This document shows, piece by piece, positions 37,355-47,714 of a stretch of 64,000 nt of DNA. Every line of letters begins with the position of its first letter. Within the stretch, counting starts at the first letter, position 1. The position numbers and the translations under genes are program-made. The notes under the pieces were generated by a model. That model made no database searches and was not told the DNA's origin. It saw only the letters and a program-made list of their open reading frames with translations. Origin of the DNA: Clostridia bacterium (GTDB lineage Bacteria; Bacillota; Clostridia; Oscillospirales; Acutalibacteraceae); NCBI GenBank assembly GCA_017472225.1, contig JAFUQS010000062.1, positions 10,825-74,824 of the forward strand. The letters run 5' to 3'.

Positions 37355-37859
37355 TTTGCACCCCGGCTTTCTTTTCCTTATGCTCCTTATACATCAAATA
37401 TATCTGATTGAAAAAGAGCACAAAAGCGGAAACGGTTATGAGGCAATCAGCAAAATTGAAAACGTAAAAATCAACAAACAAAACCTCAATATAATCAATT
37501 ACAAAGCCCCTGAATATCCTATCAATTATGTTGCCGAAGCCTCCTGCACAAATCAGAACGAGGGACACAAAATCAACTTTATTCTTGATTTTACCTGAGA
37601 ATATCAAAGCTGCAATAATAACGAAGCATATAACAGACAAAACAGTCATAACTGTAGTTCTGCCTTCCATAAATCCCATCATAGCCCCGTCATTTTCCAA
37701 ATAACGGAGCCTGAGAATATTCGGAATTACCATAGCTTCTTCTACGGGCTTAAGAAAAGCATCAACAAGATACTTTATAACCTGATCCAATGCCACCAAG
37801 ACTGCTATAACAACTGCCACAATTATGTTACGTTTTCCTGTGCTTAATACTGTGCTCAA
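37347..37859 (-). CDS. lspA: Lipoprotein signal peptidase II
   Basis: 170 aa, 4 TM segments, NDGA, FNFAD. Classical lspA-rluD pairing. Confidence 0.88.
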   Translation of the reverse strand: MSTVLSTGKRNIIVAVVIAVLVALDQVIKYLVDAFLKPVEEAMVIPNILRLRYLENDGAMMGFMEGRTTVMTVLSVICFVIIAALIFSGKIKNKVDFVSLVLICAGGFGNIIDRIFRGFVIDYIEVLFVDFYVFNFADCLITVSAFVLFFNQIYLMYKEHKEKKAGVQNG

Positions 37860-37879
37860 TTTATCCTCACAAATGTATA

Positions 37880-38899
37880 TTATTTATCGGAGTCGCCTGA
37901 TTCTGAAATCAAGTCGCCAAAACCGAAATCATTATCTTCTGTTGAATCGAATATTTTTGCTAAATAGGAGTTAACATCAGGAATTTCTGCCTGCTGATTA
38001 CCTTTTTCTTCCGCTGAATGTGAAAACAATTCATCATTATCCTCGGAAGGATTCACCTGAAAGTCCTTTTTCTCATAAATGGTTACATCTTCCTCTTCTG
38101 CCTCAGGAATTTCAGTATCTTCTTCGAGAGCAGACTTAAGATCAAATTCAGGAATTTCAACAGGAATCACTGTTTCTTCCTTTGTCGGCTCAGAAGCTGC
38201 CTCTTTTTTTTCAATAGGCTCATACTCTTCAGATTCAGAAACTACAACCTGAGCAAGCTCTATCAAGGAAGAAAGCTCCTTCTTGATTTTAGTTGTCTCC
38301 TCTTTTATCTTCAGAAGCTCGGCATTTGCTTCATCAATAATTCTGTCAGCTCTTTCACGGGCAACTCTTGCATCCTCATAAGCCTTTGCAACAATGACGG
38401 AAGCCTTTTCATTTGCACCCGAAATTATTTCATCAACCTTGGCTCTTACATCGGCAAGATACTTTTCTCTGTAAGCATCAGATTCTGACTTAAGCTTAGT
38501 ATATTCTCTTTGCAGGGAAGCAAGTTTTTCATCTGCTTCGTGAGTTTTCTGCACATAGTATGCTTCTGCTTCGGCTGACTTTTCGTTGAAAAGAGCTTCT
38601 GCTTTTTCTTCAGCACTCCTGATTGCTGCATCTGCTGTCATGTTAGCTTCCTCAAGCTTTGAATCTGCGGCAGTCTGAGCAGAAAGAAGTGCATTGGCAA
38701 TTGCTGCCTTGTTTCTGTTATATTCGTCAATTACGGGAGAAATTGATGCAAGTCTTTCATTAAGAATATTATTATCATTATAAAGCTTACTGTAGCTCTT
38801 GGAAACCTTCTGAAAGAAAGCATCTACCTCAGATGCTTTGTAGCCTCCTTTGCCGTTTTGGGAAAAGCGCTGTGAGTTAATCTGCATTGGTGTCAACAT
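37880..38899 (-). CDS. divIVA: DivIVA-domain cell division protein
   Basis: 339 aa. N-terminal LTPMQINSQRFSQNGKGGYKASEVDAFF, coiled coil, acidic tail. Confidence 0.88.
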   Translation of the reverse strand: MLTPMQINSQRFSQNGKGGYKASEVDAFFQKVSKSYSKLYNDNNILNERLASISPVIDEYNRNKAAIANALLSAQTAADSKLEEANMTADAAIRSAEEKAEALFNEKSAEAEAYYVQKTHEADEKLASLQREYTKLKSESDAYREKYLADVRAKVDEIISGANEKASVIVAKAYEDARVARERADRIIDEANAELLKIKEETTKIKKELSSLIELAQVVVSESEEYEPIEKKEAASEPTKEETVIPVEIPEFDLKSALEEDTEIPEAEEEDVTIYEKKDFQVNPSEDNDELFSHSAEEKGNQQAEIPDVNSYLAKIFDSTEDNDFGFGDLISESGDSDK

Positions 38900-38928
38900 T
38901 TTATAATCCTCCCCTTTTAATCAATAAA

Positions 38929-39513
38929 TTATTTGAATGATTCCATATCAATCTGACTGAAGAAATCACCAAAAAGCTCAACGGTTTCAGGAACAAAGGC
39001 ACAGATGTTTTCGGCAAATCTTGCAAAAACTGATTTTGTTACAAACTTCGCACCATCAAGAAAGTCCATCGCTCTGACTTTCTGCTCCTCAGTGAGAAGT
39101 GAAAGGTTAACAACAACGATAGTATCCTTTTCCATCATAAGAGCTGCAACATTTTTTGCATCGTAAATATCACGGAGAAGAATTGAGTTAAGCTTGAACT
39201 TGTTTGCAGGTCTTGCAGTGTTCATGTTATAAATATTTGCGCCCTGTCTCGGTGCTTCCTTCGGTGCAGTCTTTTTTTCCTTATGAGGTGCACCGAAATT
39301 ATATTCAGGCACATTGATAGTGCTCTGAGGTGAATAGCTGTAATCATCAGCTACAGTATCATCAGAGTCAGTGTCATAAATGCTTCCCTGAGTGTTGTCA
39401 TTGTCCTGACCGTCATCTTCATAATCGTCAGGGCTGATTGCTGAATCATAATCATCATAATCATTCTGAAAGTGTTCGCTGAATTTTTCCTTGATATTTT
39501 TAACAAAGCTCAT
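38929..39513 (-). CDS. sepF: Cell division protein SepF
   Basis: 194 aa. Acidic low-complexity N-terminal half. The C-terminal SepF core reads IVVVNLSLLTEEQKVRAMDFLDGA. Confidence 0.85.
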   Translation of the reverse strand: MSFVKNIKEKFSEHFQNDYDDYDSAISPDDYEDDGQDNDNTQGSIYDTDSDDTVADDYSYSPQSTINVPEYNFGAPHKEKKTAPKEAPRQGANIYNMNTARPANKFKLNSILLRDIYDAKNVAALMMEKDTIVVVNLSLLTEEQKVRAMDFLDGAKFVTKSVFARFAENICAFVPETVELFGDFFSQIDMESFK

Positions 39514-39531
39514 TTTTATAACTCCTTTAAA

Positions 39532-40254
39532 TCAATATATTCTATGTCCGAAAAGAGCAGTTCCGACTCTGACAAGTGTTGAACCATTCATAACTGCCGC
39601 TTCATAGTCCGAAGACATTCCCATTGATAATATAGTCATGTCTACATTATCTAACTTTTTGTCCATTATGTCAATAAATATTCTATGCATTTTTGAAAAA
39701 TATTTATTCAGACGTGTCTCGTCCTCACAAATAGGAGGAATTGTCATAAGACCTTTGATTTTTAAAGCCTTCATTTCCGAAATTTCATGAACAAGCTCAG
39801 TCAGGTATCCTTCATCAACACCGCTCTTACTCTCTTCTCCGCCGATATTAACCTCAACGAGGCATTCGGTTACAATACCTGCACTTTCGCTTCTCTTTGA
39901 AATTTCATTTGCAAGCTTAACACTGTCAACCGATTGAATCATCGACACCTCGGTAATAATCTGCCTGACCTTGTTGGTCTGAAGATGTCCTATCAGATGC
40001 GCTTCGCAATTATCAAGCCTGAGATGAGGTTTTTTACTTAAAAACTCCTGCACCTTATTCTCGCCTATAAGGTCAATTCCATGCTCAATTGCATGATTGA
40101 TGAAAATAGGCTCAACAGTTTTGGATACAGCCATAAGTCTGACATCATTCTCGCTTCTTCCGCTTTTAACAGCGGCAGTGCCTATTCTTTCTTTTATTTT
40201 TTCTATGTTATATTCAATATCACTGAATCTTGTTTCAACTGATAATTTTTCCAT
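39532..40254 (-). CDS. yggS: YggS/YlmE-family pyridoxal-phosphate homeostasis protein
   Basis: 240 aa. LMAVSKT, IGENKVQE, HLIGHLQTNK, LSMGMSSDY. Confidence 0.9.
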   Translation of the reverse strand: MEKLSVETRFSDIEYNIEKIKERIGTAAVKSGRSENDVRLMAVSKTVEPIFINHAIEHGIDLIGENKVQEFLSKKPHLRLDNCEAHLIGHLQTNKVRQIITEVSMIQSVDSVKLANEISKRSESAGIVTECLVEVNIGGEESKSGVDEGYLTELVHEISEMKALKIKGLMTIPPICEDETRLNKYFSKMHRIFIDIMDKKLDNVDMTILSMGMSSDYEAAVMNGSTLVRVGTALFGHRIY

Positions 40255-41545
40255 CGGTTATGTTTGTTCCTTTCACTATAATACTGTCATAAGCTTCAAG
40301 CTCCCGGTAAGAAGCTGTTTTTTTCTCATCAATTATTTTATTGCCATCTTTATCGGTAGTGTAAGCAACATACTTTTCTGCAATTACAAAGCCGTCACCG
40401 TAATAAAGAATATTTATCGGAGTAAATTTAGCAAAGCTTCCCGAAAGCACATAAACGCCGTCGATGCCCTCCTCATTTTTCAAAAGGGCGGCACTGTTTA
40501 TTCTGAAGCCTTCATATTCTTCAATTGTAATCGAAAGCTTTTCTTTTCTGAGAACTGCCAGACGCTCATTAAGGTATTTACATTTCAATGTTACGGTTAT
40601 CATGCCGTCCTTCAGATCTGACACATCATAAACAGTCATAGGCACTTCATAAATACTTCTTTCAGGAAAATCAACCTTAACGCTTTTGCCTGTTTTTATG
40701 ATTGTTGCATCTTCAATTGAAACATCAAAGAGCAAATACCATGTGTGCTGACCTATAATTTTTCCGTAAGCATTTTCATAAGTTTCGCTTTGAGAATTTA
40801 TAAGCCTTTCAGCTTCAAGGCTTTGCACTTTTTTTTGAACGATATCATCATACGCCTTCGCATTTTCATATCCGTCAACCTCGCTCACAAAATAACCTGC
40901 AAAGGGTGACCTGACATAATCCATTGCCGAAAGACCCGTTTCGAGAGAAGTAATCTTGCTGTTATACGATTCAATCATCGAAGAAAAATCTATGCTTTCA
41001 CCCGTTGCAATCTGCTTGGATGTTACATTCTCCCTGAATTCGTCCATAGCCTCAGAAAGAGCTGAAAAATCACCATCTGCAATAGCTCCGGCATAGCTCT
41101 GAGCTGCAGAATAAATCTGAGAATTAAGATAAATAACATTTATTCTGCTTAAATCCTTTTGAGCCTGAAGCTGCGTGAGGTTGCTTTTCTTTTCCTCAAG
41201 CTCCCGCATTTCAAGGTAAGAATCAGCCTGATTCTCATTTTCAAATGCAACAGCAATAACATCGTTTATTGCAACATTTACACTATCAGACACAACAGGA
41301 ACATAAACCTTATTAGAATTCTTATATAAAATTGAAGTGTTTTTTCCGTCAACAATCCTGCTTTCATCTCTCACTGCAAAGCCTTCGACACTAAGAACTT
41401 CCTTCTGTGTTGATTTCAGCGCATATTCGGTTTCAATTTTTCCCGTTCTGCTGAAATAAGCACTCTGCACCATATACAGAACAATCGAAACGGCAACAAT
41501 AATCAAAACCGCAACGGAAAATTTTTGTCCTTTGCCCTCTTTCAT
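40235..41545 (-). CDS. Membrane-anchored HlyD-like / coiled-coil protein (function unknown)
   Basis: 436 aa. A single N-terminal TM helix, a central coiled-coil-like segment and beta-rich flanks. The call rests on architecture only. Confidence 0.35.
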   Translation of the reverse strand: MKEGKGQKFSVAVLIIVAVSIVLYMVQSAYFSRTGKIETEYALKSTQKEVLSVEGFAVRDESRIVDGKNTSILYKNSNKVYVPVVSDSVNVAINDVIAVAFENENQADSYLEMRELEEKKSNLTQLQAQKDLSRINVIYLNSQIYSAAQSYAGAIADGDFSALSEAMDEFRENVTSKQIATGESIDFSSMIESYNSKITSLETGLSAMDYVRSPFAGYFVSEVDGYENAKAYDDIVQKKVQSLEAERLINSQSETYENAYGKIIGQHTWYLLFDVSIEDATIIKTGKSVKVDFPERSIYEVPMTVYDVSDLKDGMITVTLKCKYLNERLAVLRKEKLSITIEEYEGFRINSAALLKNEEGIDGVYVLSGSFAKFTPINILYYGDGFVIAEKYVAYTTDKDGNKIIDEKKTASYRELEAYDSIIVKGTNITDGKIIS

Positions 41546-42480
41546 TTCTGTCTCCCATGTTCATCTATTATATTCAATGCGCTTTCAATAAGCTGTTCTT
41601 TTGAAAGCATATCTGTTTTAAGCCAATTTATTTTCTCATTTCTTCTGAACCAGGTAAGCTGCCTTTTTGCATATCTTCTGGTTTCCATTTTAAGCTTTTC
41701 CAAAGCTTCATCCAAGGTTACCAAGCCGTCAAAATACGGCTTGAGCTCCTTATAACCAATTGCCTGCTTTGCAGTTTTTGAGCAATTACTTGCAAAAAAG
41801 CTCTCAGCTTCTTCAATAAGTCCGTTCTTAACCATGAGATCTACCCTATGATTGATACGGTCATACAAAAACTGTCTGTCCTCTGCCGTGATTCCGATTA
41901 AGCACCAATCGTATTCACTTTCATGACGATGAGAAAGCTCGCACTGCTCGGTTATGGTTTTCCCCGTGGAATAATAAACCTCAAGAGCACGGATGATTCT
42001 TTTGGCATCATTAAAGTGAAGTCTTGCTGCAGTTTCGGGATCAACCTCCGAAAGCTCGCTCAAAAGCGTTCCTATGCCCTCTTGCTCAGCTTTCTTTTCA
42101 AGCTTCTCTCTTATATCACTTTTCTCGTAATCAAGAAATTCCGTGTTGTTAACAAGAGTATCAACATAAAGTCCTGTACCACCAACTACAACAGGTGTTT
42201 TGCCCCGGCTGATTATATCCTTAATGCATAACATGGCTTTTTGCTTATAAGCAGCAACCGAAAAGTTTTCACCCATAGATAAAAAACCAATAAGATGATG
42301 AGGTATTCCCTGCATCTCAGCGACAGTTGGCTTTGCCGTAGCAATATCCATATTCTCATAAATCTGCATTGAATCGGCAGACACGATTTCTCCACCGATT
42401 TTTTTTGCGATTTCTATTGACAAGGATGTTTTTCCCGATGCGGTAGGCCCGACTATGACAGGAATTAAAGGTTTGTTCAT
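41542..42480 (-). CDS. miaA: tRNA dimethylallyltransferase
   Basis: 312 aa. GPTASGKTSLSIE, DSMQIY, GGTGLY. Confidence 0.94.
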   Translation of the reverse strand: MNKPLIPVIVGPTASGKTSLSIEIAKKIGGEIVSADSMQIYENMDIATAKPTVAEMQGIPHHLIGFLSMGENFSVAAYKQKAMLCIKDIISRGKTPVVVGGTGLYVDTLVNNTEFLDYEKSDIREKLEKKAEQEGIGTLLSELSEVDPETAARLHFNDAKRIIRALEVYYSTGKTITEQCELSHRHESEYDWCLIGITAEDRQFLYDRINHRVDLMVKNGLIEEAESFFASNCSKTAKQAIGYKELKPYFDGLVTLDEALEKLKMETRRYAKRQLTWFRRNEKINWLKTDMLSKEQLIESALNIIDEHGRQK

Positions 42481-42498
42481 GTTGAATTCTCCAAAAAA

Positions 42499-44541
42499 TT
42501 ATTGAATACGCCCGAACTGTTTTTCAAGCTCATACTTTGAAAGCTCAATAAGAACAGGTCTTCCATGAGGACAATATCTGACCTCATCATCATAAAGCAC
42601 CTGCTCGGCAAGGGCTTTCATTTCAGCCGTAGAATTTTTATATCCCGCCTTGATGGCAGCCTTACAAGCGGCAGTGTGGTAAATTCTGTCGATTTTTTCA
42701 GGCTCCGTATTCAGGCGGTTTTCTGCAAGATAAGAAGCAATTTCAATCACTGTATCTTCTATATCGTCGCCTGAAATGAGCATCGGGCACTCTCTTATTA
42801 TGACAACACCGTCACCGAAGTCCTCCAACAGATAACCCGCTTTTTTGAAAACAAGGCGATTTGCAAGAACAATATCATAATCATTCTTCGGAAGAGTCAC
42901 CGTAATCGGTGCAAGAAGCACCTGAGAAGAAACCTTGTTTTCGGCATTTTTCTTCATCTTGTTATAAATAATTCTTTCGTGAGCCGCATGCTTATCGATA
43001 AGACAAACCCTGTTATCATACTCACAGATTATATATGTCTTGAAAGCCTCACCGAGAAGCCTCAGCGGTCTTGGCGGCATTTCATTCTGCTTGACGGCTT
43101 TTATTTCAACCATACGCTCAGAAGCAGCCTGTTGGGATTTTGCAGTTGGAAAGACTTTAATTTCCTCTTGTTTAACCGGTGGCACAATCTTAACAGTTTC
43201 CGTTTTGATTTCTTCCTTTTTTGCTTCAACCGTTTTGGGCTGTACAGGGTTTTGGTAAGCTTCGGCAGATTTGATTTTATTCTCCCTTTGCTGCTTTTTA
43301 AACGAGCTTAACAGGTCAGGCTCATCACTGCTTTTGGAATAAATATTTCCTGTGTCCGGTGATGAAACAACCGTAGACTGAAATTGCTTTGAGGTCATTT
43401 TATTCCAGAATTCTTCCGGCTTTGCTTCAGGTGCCTTTTCCTGCTTCTGCGGCTTCGGTGCATCTTCTTCAATCATTGTGAACTGAATCGCCTCGGGACG
43501 AGCCTTTTCAGTGAGCTTGTTTATTCTTGAAAGATCAACCTTGGGAGCAGTGTCAAGCTCTTCAATGGCACTCTTTACTGCATAATAAACCGCAGATGAT
43601 ACCCTTCTTTCATCACTGAAACGAACCTCAGTTTTTGCAGGATGTACATTCACATCAACCGTCTGCGGAGGAATTGTTATGTTAAGCACACAGCTCGGAA
43701 ATTTTCCGACCATAATGGAGTTTTTATAAGCATTCTCCATTGAAGCCGTACAAGAGCGTGACTTGATATATCTTTTATTAAGATAGAAAAACTGCATTGA
43801 GCGTGAAGGTCTTGCAGCAAAAGGCTTGCAAGCATAGCCTTCAACCCTGACACCGTCAAGTTCATAATTTACTTCAATAAGCGAATCAGCAAAAACTCTG
43901 CCGAAAACGGAATATATTGCAGATTTAAGTTTTGAATCACCGGGAGTGATAAGCGCTTGCTTGCCCTCACGGATAAAACGGATGCTGATTTCCGGATGCG
44001 AAAGAGCTATTTTGTCCACAACATCGGCAACTGCATTCGCCTCAGAAACATCTCTTTTCAGAAATTTCATTCTTGCAGGTGTGTTGTAAAACAAATCACG
44101 GACCACGATTGTTGTTCCGTTGGGACAGCCTGCCGGCTCATACTTTGTCTGCACTCCGCCGCTTACAGCATATGCCGTTCCGCTTTCTTCTTTTTCTGTT
44201 TTGGTTAGAATTTCCGTTCTTGAAACAGCGGCAATTGAAGCCAGAGCCTCCCCTCTGAAGCCGAGGGTAAAAATTGAATTCAAATCGCTTTCATCGGAAA
44301 TCTTGCTTGTGGCATGGCTGAGAAATGCCTTGGGCACATCCTCCCTTTCAATTCCGCAGCCGTTATCGGTAATACGTATATAAGTAACACCGCCGTTTTT
44401 AATCTCAAGGGTAATTGCCGTTGCACCTGCGTCAATTGAGTTTTCCATCAATTCTTTAACAACCGATGCGGGCCTTTCGACAACTTCACCGGCCGCTATC
44501 AATTCAGCTATATGTTTTGATAATACATTGATTTTTGCCAT
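42499..44541 (-). CDS. mutL: DNA mismatch repair protein MutL
   Basis: 680 aa. IAAGEVVERPASVVKELMENSIDAG, GFRGEAL, C-terminal endonuclease domain. Confidence 0.96.
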   Translation of the reverse strand: MAKINVLSKHIAELIAAGEVVERPASVVKELMENSIDAGATAITLEIKNGGVTYIRITDNGCGIEREDVPKAFLSHATSKISDESDLNSIFTLGFRGEALASIAAVSRTEILTKTEKEESGTAYAVSGGVQTKYEPAGCPNGTTIVVRDLFYNTPARMKFLKRDVSEANAVADVVDKIALSHPEISIRFIREGKQALITPGDSKLKSAIYSVFGRVFADSLIEVNYELDGVRVEGYACKPFAARPSRSMQFFYLNKRYIKSRSCTASMENAYKNSIMVGKFPSCVLNITIPPQTVDVNVHPAKTEVRFSDERRVSSAVYYAVKSAIEELDTAPKVDLSRINKLTEKARPEAIQFTMIEEDAPKPQKQEKAPEAKPEEFWNKMTSKQFQSTVVSSPDTGNIYSKSSDEPDLLSSFKKQQRENKIKSAEAYQNPVQPKTVEAKKEEIKTETVKIVPPVKQEEIKVFPTAKSQQAASERMVEIKAVKQNEMPPRPLRLLGEAFKTYIICEYDNRVCLIDKHAAHERIIYNKMKKNAENKVSSQVLLAPITVTLPKNDYDIVLANRLVFKKAGYLLEDFGDGVVIIRECPMLISGDDIEDTVIEIASYLAENRLNTEPEKIDRIYHTAACKAAIKAGYKNSTAEMKALAEQVLYDDEVRYCPHGRPVLIELSKYELEKQFGRIQ

Positions 44542-44568
44542 AAAGTCATCGCTTCCTTTCTGTATTTT

Positions 44569-47199
44569 TTATACCTGAGTACCCCTTGCTTTATTAACAA
44601 GCTCATGAAGCATGGTCAGAGCTTCAAGCGGGGTCAGCGTGTTAACATCAATATTTTTAATTGAATCTATAAGTTCATCATCAACAGTTGATTTTAACGA
44701 AATCTGAAGCTCTTCTTCCTCGTCAGGAGTCTCAATGCTGTTCATGATATTTCTTGAATCCGGCGAATTTTTTTCGAGCTCATTTAAAATCGTTCTTGCC
44801 CTTGAAACAACCGGATTGGGAATTCCCGCCAATTTTGCAACCTCAATACCATAGCTGCCATCAGCACAGCCTCTGACAATTCGTCTGAGGAAGGTGATGG
44901 TATCTCCCCTCTTTTTGACAGAGATATTATAATTTTTGACGCCTTCAACCTGTTTTTCAAGTTCTGTAAGCTCATGATAGTGGGTTGAGAAAAGGGTTTT
45001 TGCACCGATTTTCTTTTTGTCAACAATATACTCAAGCACAGCCCTTGCGATGCTCATACCGTCGAAGGTGGATGTGCCTCTGCCGACTTCATCAAGAATA
45101 ATAAGGCTACGGCTGTTTGCATTTTTAATGATGGTTGAAACCTCATTCATTTCAACCATAAAGGTTGACTGACCTGTTGCAAGGTCATCGGAAGCACCCA
45201 CACGGGTGAAAATACTGTCAATAATTGAAAGCTCTGCCCTTTTTGCGGGAACAAATGAGCCTATCTGCGCCATAAGACAGATAAGTGCTACCTGACGCAT
45301 ATATGTAGACTTACCTGCCATATTAGGTCCGGTAATAATTGCACACCTGTTTGCACCGCAATCAAGATGCGTATCATTCGGCACAAACGGCATATCGCCA
45401 AGCATAGCTTCCACCACCGGGTGTCTTCCTTCAACAATATCAATGGCAGTGCCGTCGAGCATTGTGGGACAAACATAATTGTTCCTTACTGCAACATTGG
45501 CAAGTGAACAAAGCACATCTGTTACAGCGATTGCACCTGCAGTTGACTGTATACGGTTAAATTCCCCGGCAACTGTTTTTCTTATCTGACAGAAAATTTC
45601 ATATTCAAGCTTGATAATTCTTTCCTGTGCGCCGAGAACCTTACTTTCAAGGTCCTTGAGCTCCTGTGTGATATATCTTTCACAGTTTGCAAGGGTCTGT
45701 TTTCTTATGTATTCATCGGGTACAAGCTCTTTATAGGAATTTGTAACCTCAATATAATAACCGAAAACTCTGTTGTAGCTGATTTTAAGCTTTGGAATTC
45801 CTGTCTTTTCTTTTTCTCTTGCTTCAATTTCGGCAATGTACTTTTTGCCGTTATTCTGGATATCACGAAGAGAATCCAGCTCCTCGTTGAATCCGTCGTT
45901 TATAATATCGCCTTCACGGATACTGAAAGGTGCATCCTTATTGATAGCAGCATCGATAAGCTCCTGAACATCAGTTAAAAGATCAAGTGAAGCATATTGC
46001 TGCTTAAGATAAGCACTTGTGCTGTCTGAAAGCAGTGCTTTAATATCAGGAAGGCGTTCAATTGTCTGTTTTAAACCGTTAAGATCCTTTGCATTTGCGG
46101 TTTCATAAACCACTCTTGTCAAAAGTCTTTCGATGTCAAAAATGTTGCTCATTGCCGAAGTAAGCTCAGACAGTTTAATACTGTTGTCACAAAGCTCACC
46201 AACTGCATTATGCCTTCTTGTAATCTGAGCAAAATTTATAAGAGGTTTTTCAAGCCATGAGCGAAGAAGTCGTTTACCCATTGAGGTTTTTGTTTTATCA
46301 AGCACCCACAAAAGTGAGCCCTTCTTTTCACGGCTTCGCATAGTTTCCACAATTTCGAGATCCCTTTTTGTGGAATAACTTATTTTCATGTGTTGAGTTT
46401 CTGAATAAAGATTGATTTCTCTGATGTTCTGAAGGTCATTCTTCTGAACATTCATCAGATATTTAAGAGCAACGCCCACTGCGACAACTGCATTCGGCAT
46501 GCTTTGAAGATTCAATTCAGATATTTTTTCTTTTGAAAAATGATTTTCACAAATCCTGAGACAATCGTTAAGATCAAAGTAGCTGTCCTCAGGCATTTCG
46601 CACGATGCTTCAATTCTTTGGTTGATAAAGTCCGATATCACCTTGTTTTTTGCACAAGCTGAGTTAAGAACGATTTCGCTCGGAGAAAATACTCCCAATT
46701 CATTGATAACAGATGAAAATATATTCTTGCTGTTTTCAATAAATGTCAGGTTAAGTGTGCCCGTCGATACATCGACAAAACAAATTCCCGCACCTTTATC
46801 GTCAAGATAAATTGAAGTGAGATAGTTATTCTTTGATTCATCGAGCATATTATTTTCAATGATACTGCCCTTTGTAATAATACGGACAACATCTCTTTTA
46901 ACAAGACCCTTAGCAGTTGCAGGGTCTTCAACCTGTTCGCATATTGCAACCTTATAGCCGTTTGCAACAAGCTTTGCGATGTAGTTTTCGGAAGAATGGA
47001 AAGGCACACCGCACATGGGAGCTCTTTCACCATTGCCACAGGCTCTTCCGGTTAAGGTAAGCTCAAGCACTGCCGAGGCAGTTTTTGCGTCCTCAAAAAA
47101 CATCTCATAAAAATCACCAAGGCGGAAAAACAAAATAGTGTCCGGATATTCCTTTTTGATTTCAAAATACTGAGCCATCATAGGTGTCATTTCAGACAT
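44569..47199 (-). CDS. mutS: DNA mismatch repair protein MutS
   Basis: 876 aa. TPMMAQYFEIK, GDFYE, GPNMAGKST, STFMVEM. Confidence 0.97.
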   Translation of the reverse strand: MSEMTPMMAQYFEIKKEYPDTILFFRLGDFYEMFFEDAKTASAVLELTLTGRACGNGERAPMCGVPFHSSENYIAKLVANGYKVAICEQVEDPATAKGLVKRDVVRIITKGSIIENNMLDESKNNYLTSIYLDDKGAGICFVDVSTGTLNLTFIENSKNIFSSVINELGVFSPSEIVLNSACAKNKVISDFINQRIEASCEMPEDSYFDLNDCLRICENHFSKEKISELNLQSMPNAVVAVGVALKYLMNVQKNDLQNIREINLYSETQHMKISYSTKRDLEIVETMRSREKKGSLLWVLDKTKTSMGKRLLRSWLEKPLINFAQITRRHNAVGELCDNSIKLSELTSAMSNIFDIERLLTRVVYETANAKDLNGLKQTIERLPDIKALLSDSTSAYLKQQYASLDLLTDVQELIDAAINKDAPFSIREGDIINDGFNEELDSLRDIQNNGKKYIAEIEAREKEKTGIPKLKISYNRVFGYYIEVTNSYKELVPDEYIRKQTLANCERYITQELKDLESKVLGAQERIIKLEYEIFCQIRKTVAGEFNRIQSTAGAIAVTDVLCSLANVAVRNNYVCPTMLDGTAIDIVEGRHPVVEAMLGDMPFVPNDTHLDCGANRCAIITGPNMAGKSTYMRQVALICLMAQIGSFVPAKRAELSIIDSIFTRVGASDDLATGQSTFMVEMNEVSTIIKNANSRSLIILDEVGRGTSTFDGMSIARAVLEYIVDKKKIGAKTLFSTHYHELTELEKQVEGVKNYNISVKKRGDTITFLRRIVRGCADGSYGIEVAKLAGIPNPVVSRARTILNELEKNSPDSRNIMNSIETPDEEEELQISLKSTVDDELIDSIKNIDVNTLTPLEALTMLHELVNKARGTQV

Positions 47200-47251
47200 A
47201 ATTGTTTTTCCTCCCGTGATTTTAAACTTCTTAAAATTAAATATTACTTAA

Positions 47252-47668
47252 TCAGTGACAGCCGCTGCATGATGAACAAGAGCCGCCGCAGTCGTGATGA
47301 TGCTCTTCTTCAGGTTCACAGGTTGCAGGGTCGGCACCGTTAACACAAAGGCCGAGAATCTGCATGATGTAGTTCATCATTGCGTCAACTTCTGTTCTTG
47401 CTGCATCATAAGCCTGCATTTTTTCGTTATCCATGAACTTTGTGTAAGCTTCGTTGAAGGACTCTTCATATTCCTTCATCTTTGCAGAGTCGGGTGTTTC
47501 CTTTGAAGCTTCCATCTGATAGTTCATCTGTATCATCTGAATCTGACCCATAAGCTCATTAAGCTCTGCATCGCTTTCGTTAGCCTGTCTTGCCTGTGTG
47601 AATCTGATGTAACGTTCATCCTGCTGAATTGCTGCACCGAGTTCACGTGTGAGTTTGATAATGTCCAT
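47252..47668 (-). CDS. YlbF/YmcA-family protein with a Cys/His-rich C-terminal tail
   Basis: 138 aa helical protein. Its position between miaB and mutS mirrors B. subtilis ymcB(miaB)-ymcA. The tail reads CEPEEEHHHDCGGSCSSCSGCH. Confidence 0.55.
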   Translation of the reverse strand: MDIIKLTRELGAAIQQDERYIRFTQARQANESDAELNELMGQIQMIQMNYQMEASKETPDSAKMKEYEESFNEAYTKFMDNEKMQAYDAARTEVDAMMNYIMQILGLCVNGADPATCEPEEEHHHDCGGSCSSCSGCH

Positions 47669-47714
47669 TTTGTTTGCTCCTTAAAATAAAATTTTATTTA
47701 TAATAAAAGAATTA

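Noticed and set aside
40097-40621. 174 aa plus-strand ORF, and similar plus-strand ORFs elsewhere (for example 29248..29631, 29887..30357, 50057..50425, 60493..60924)
   Set aside because: They are antisense to well-supported minus-strand genes. Their composition is low-complexity and hydrophobic, typical of shadow frames, and they have no SD.
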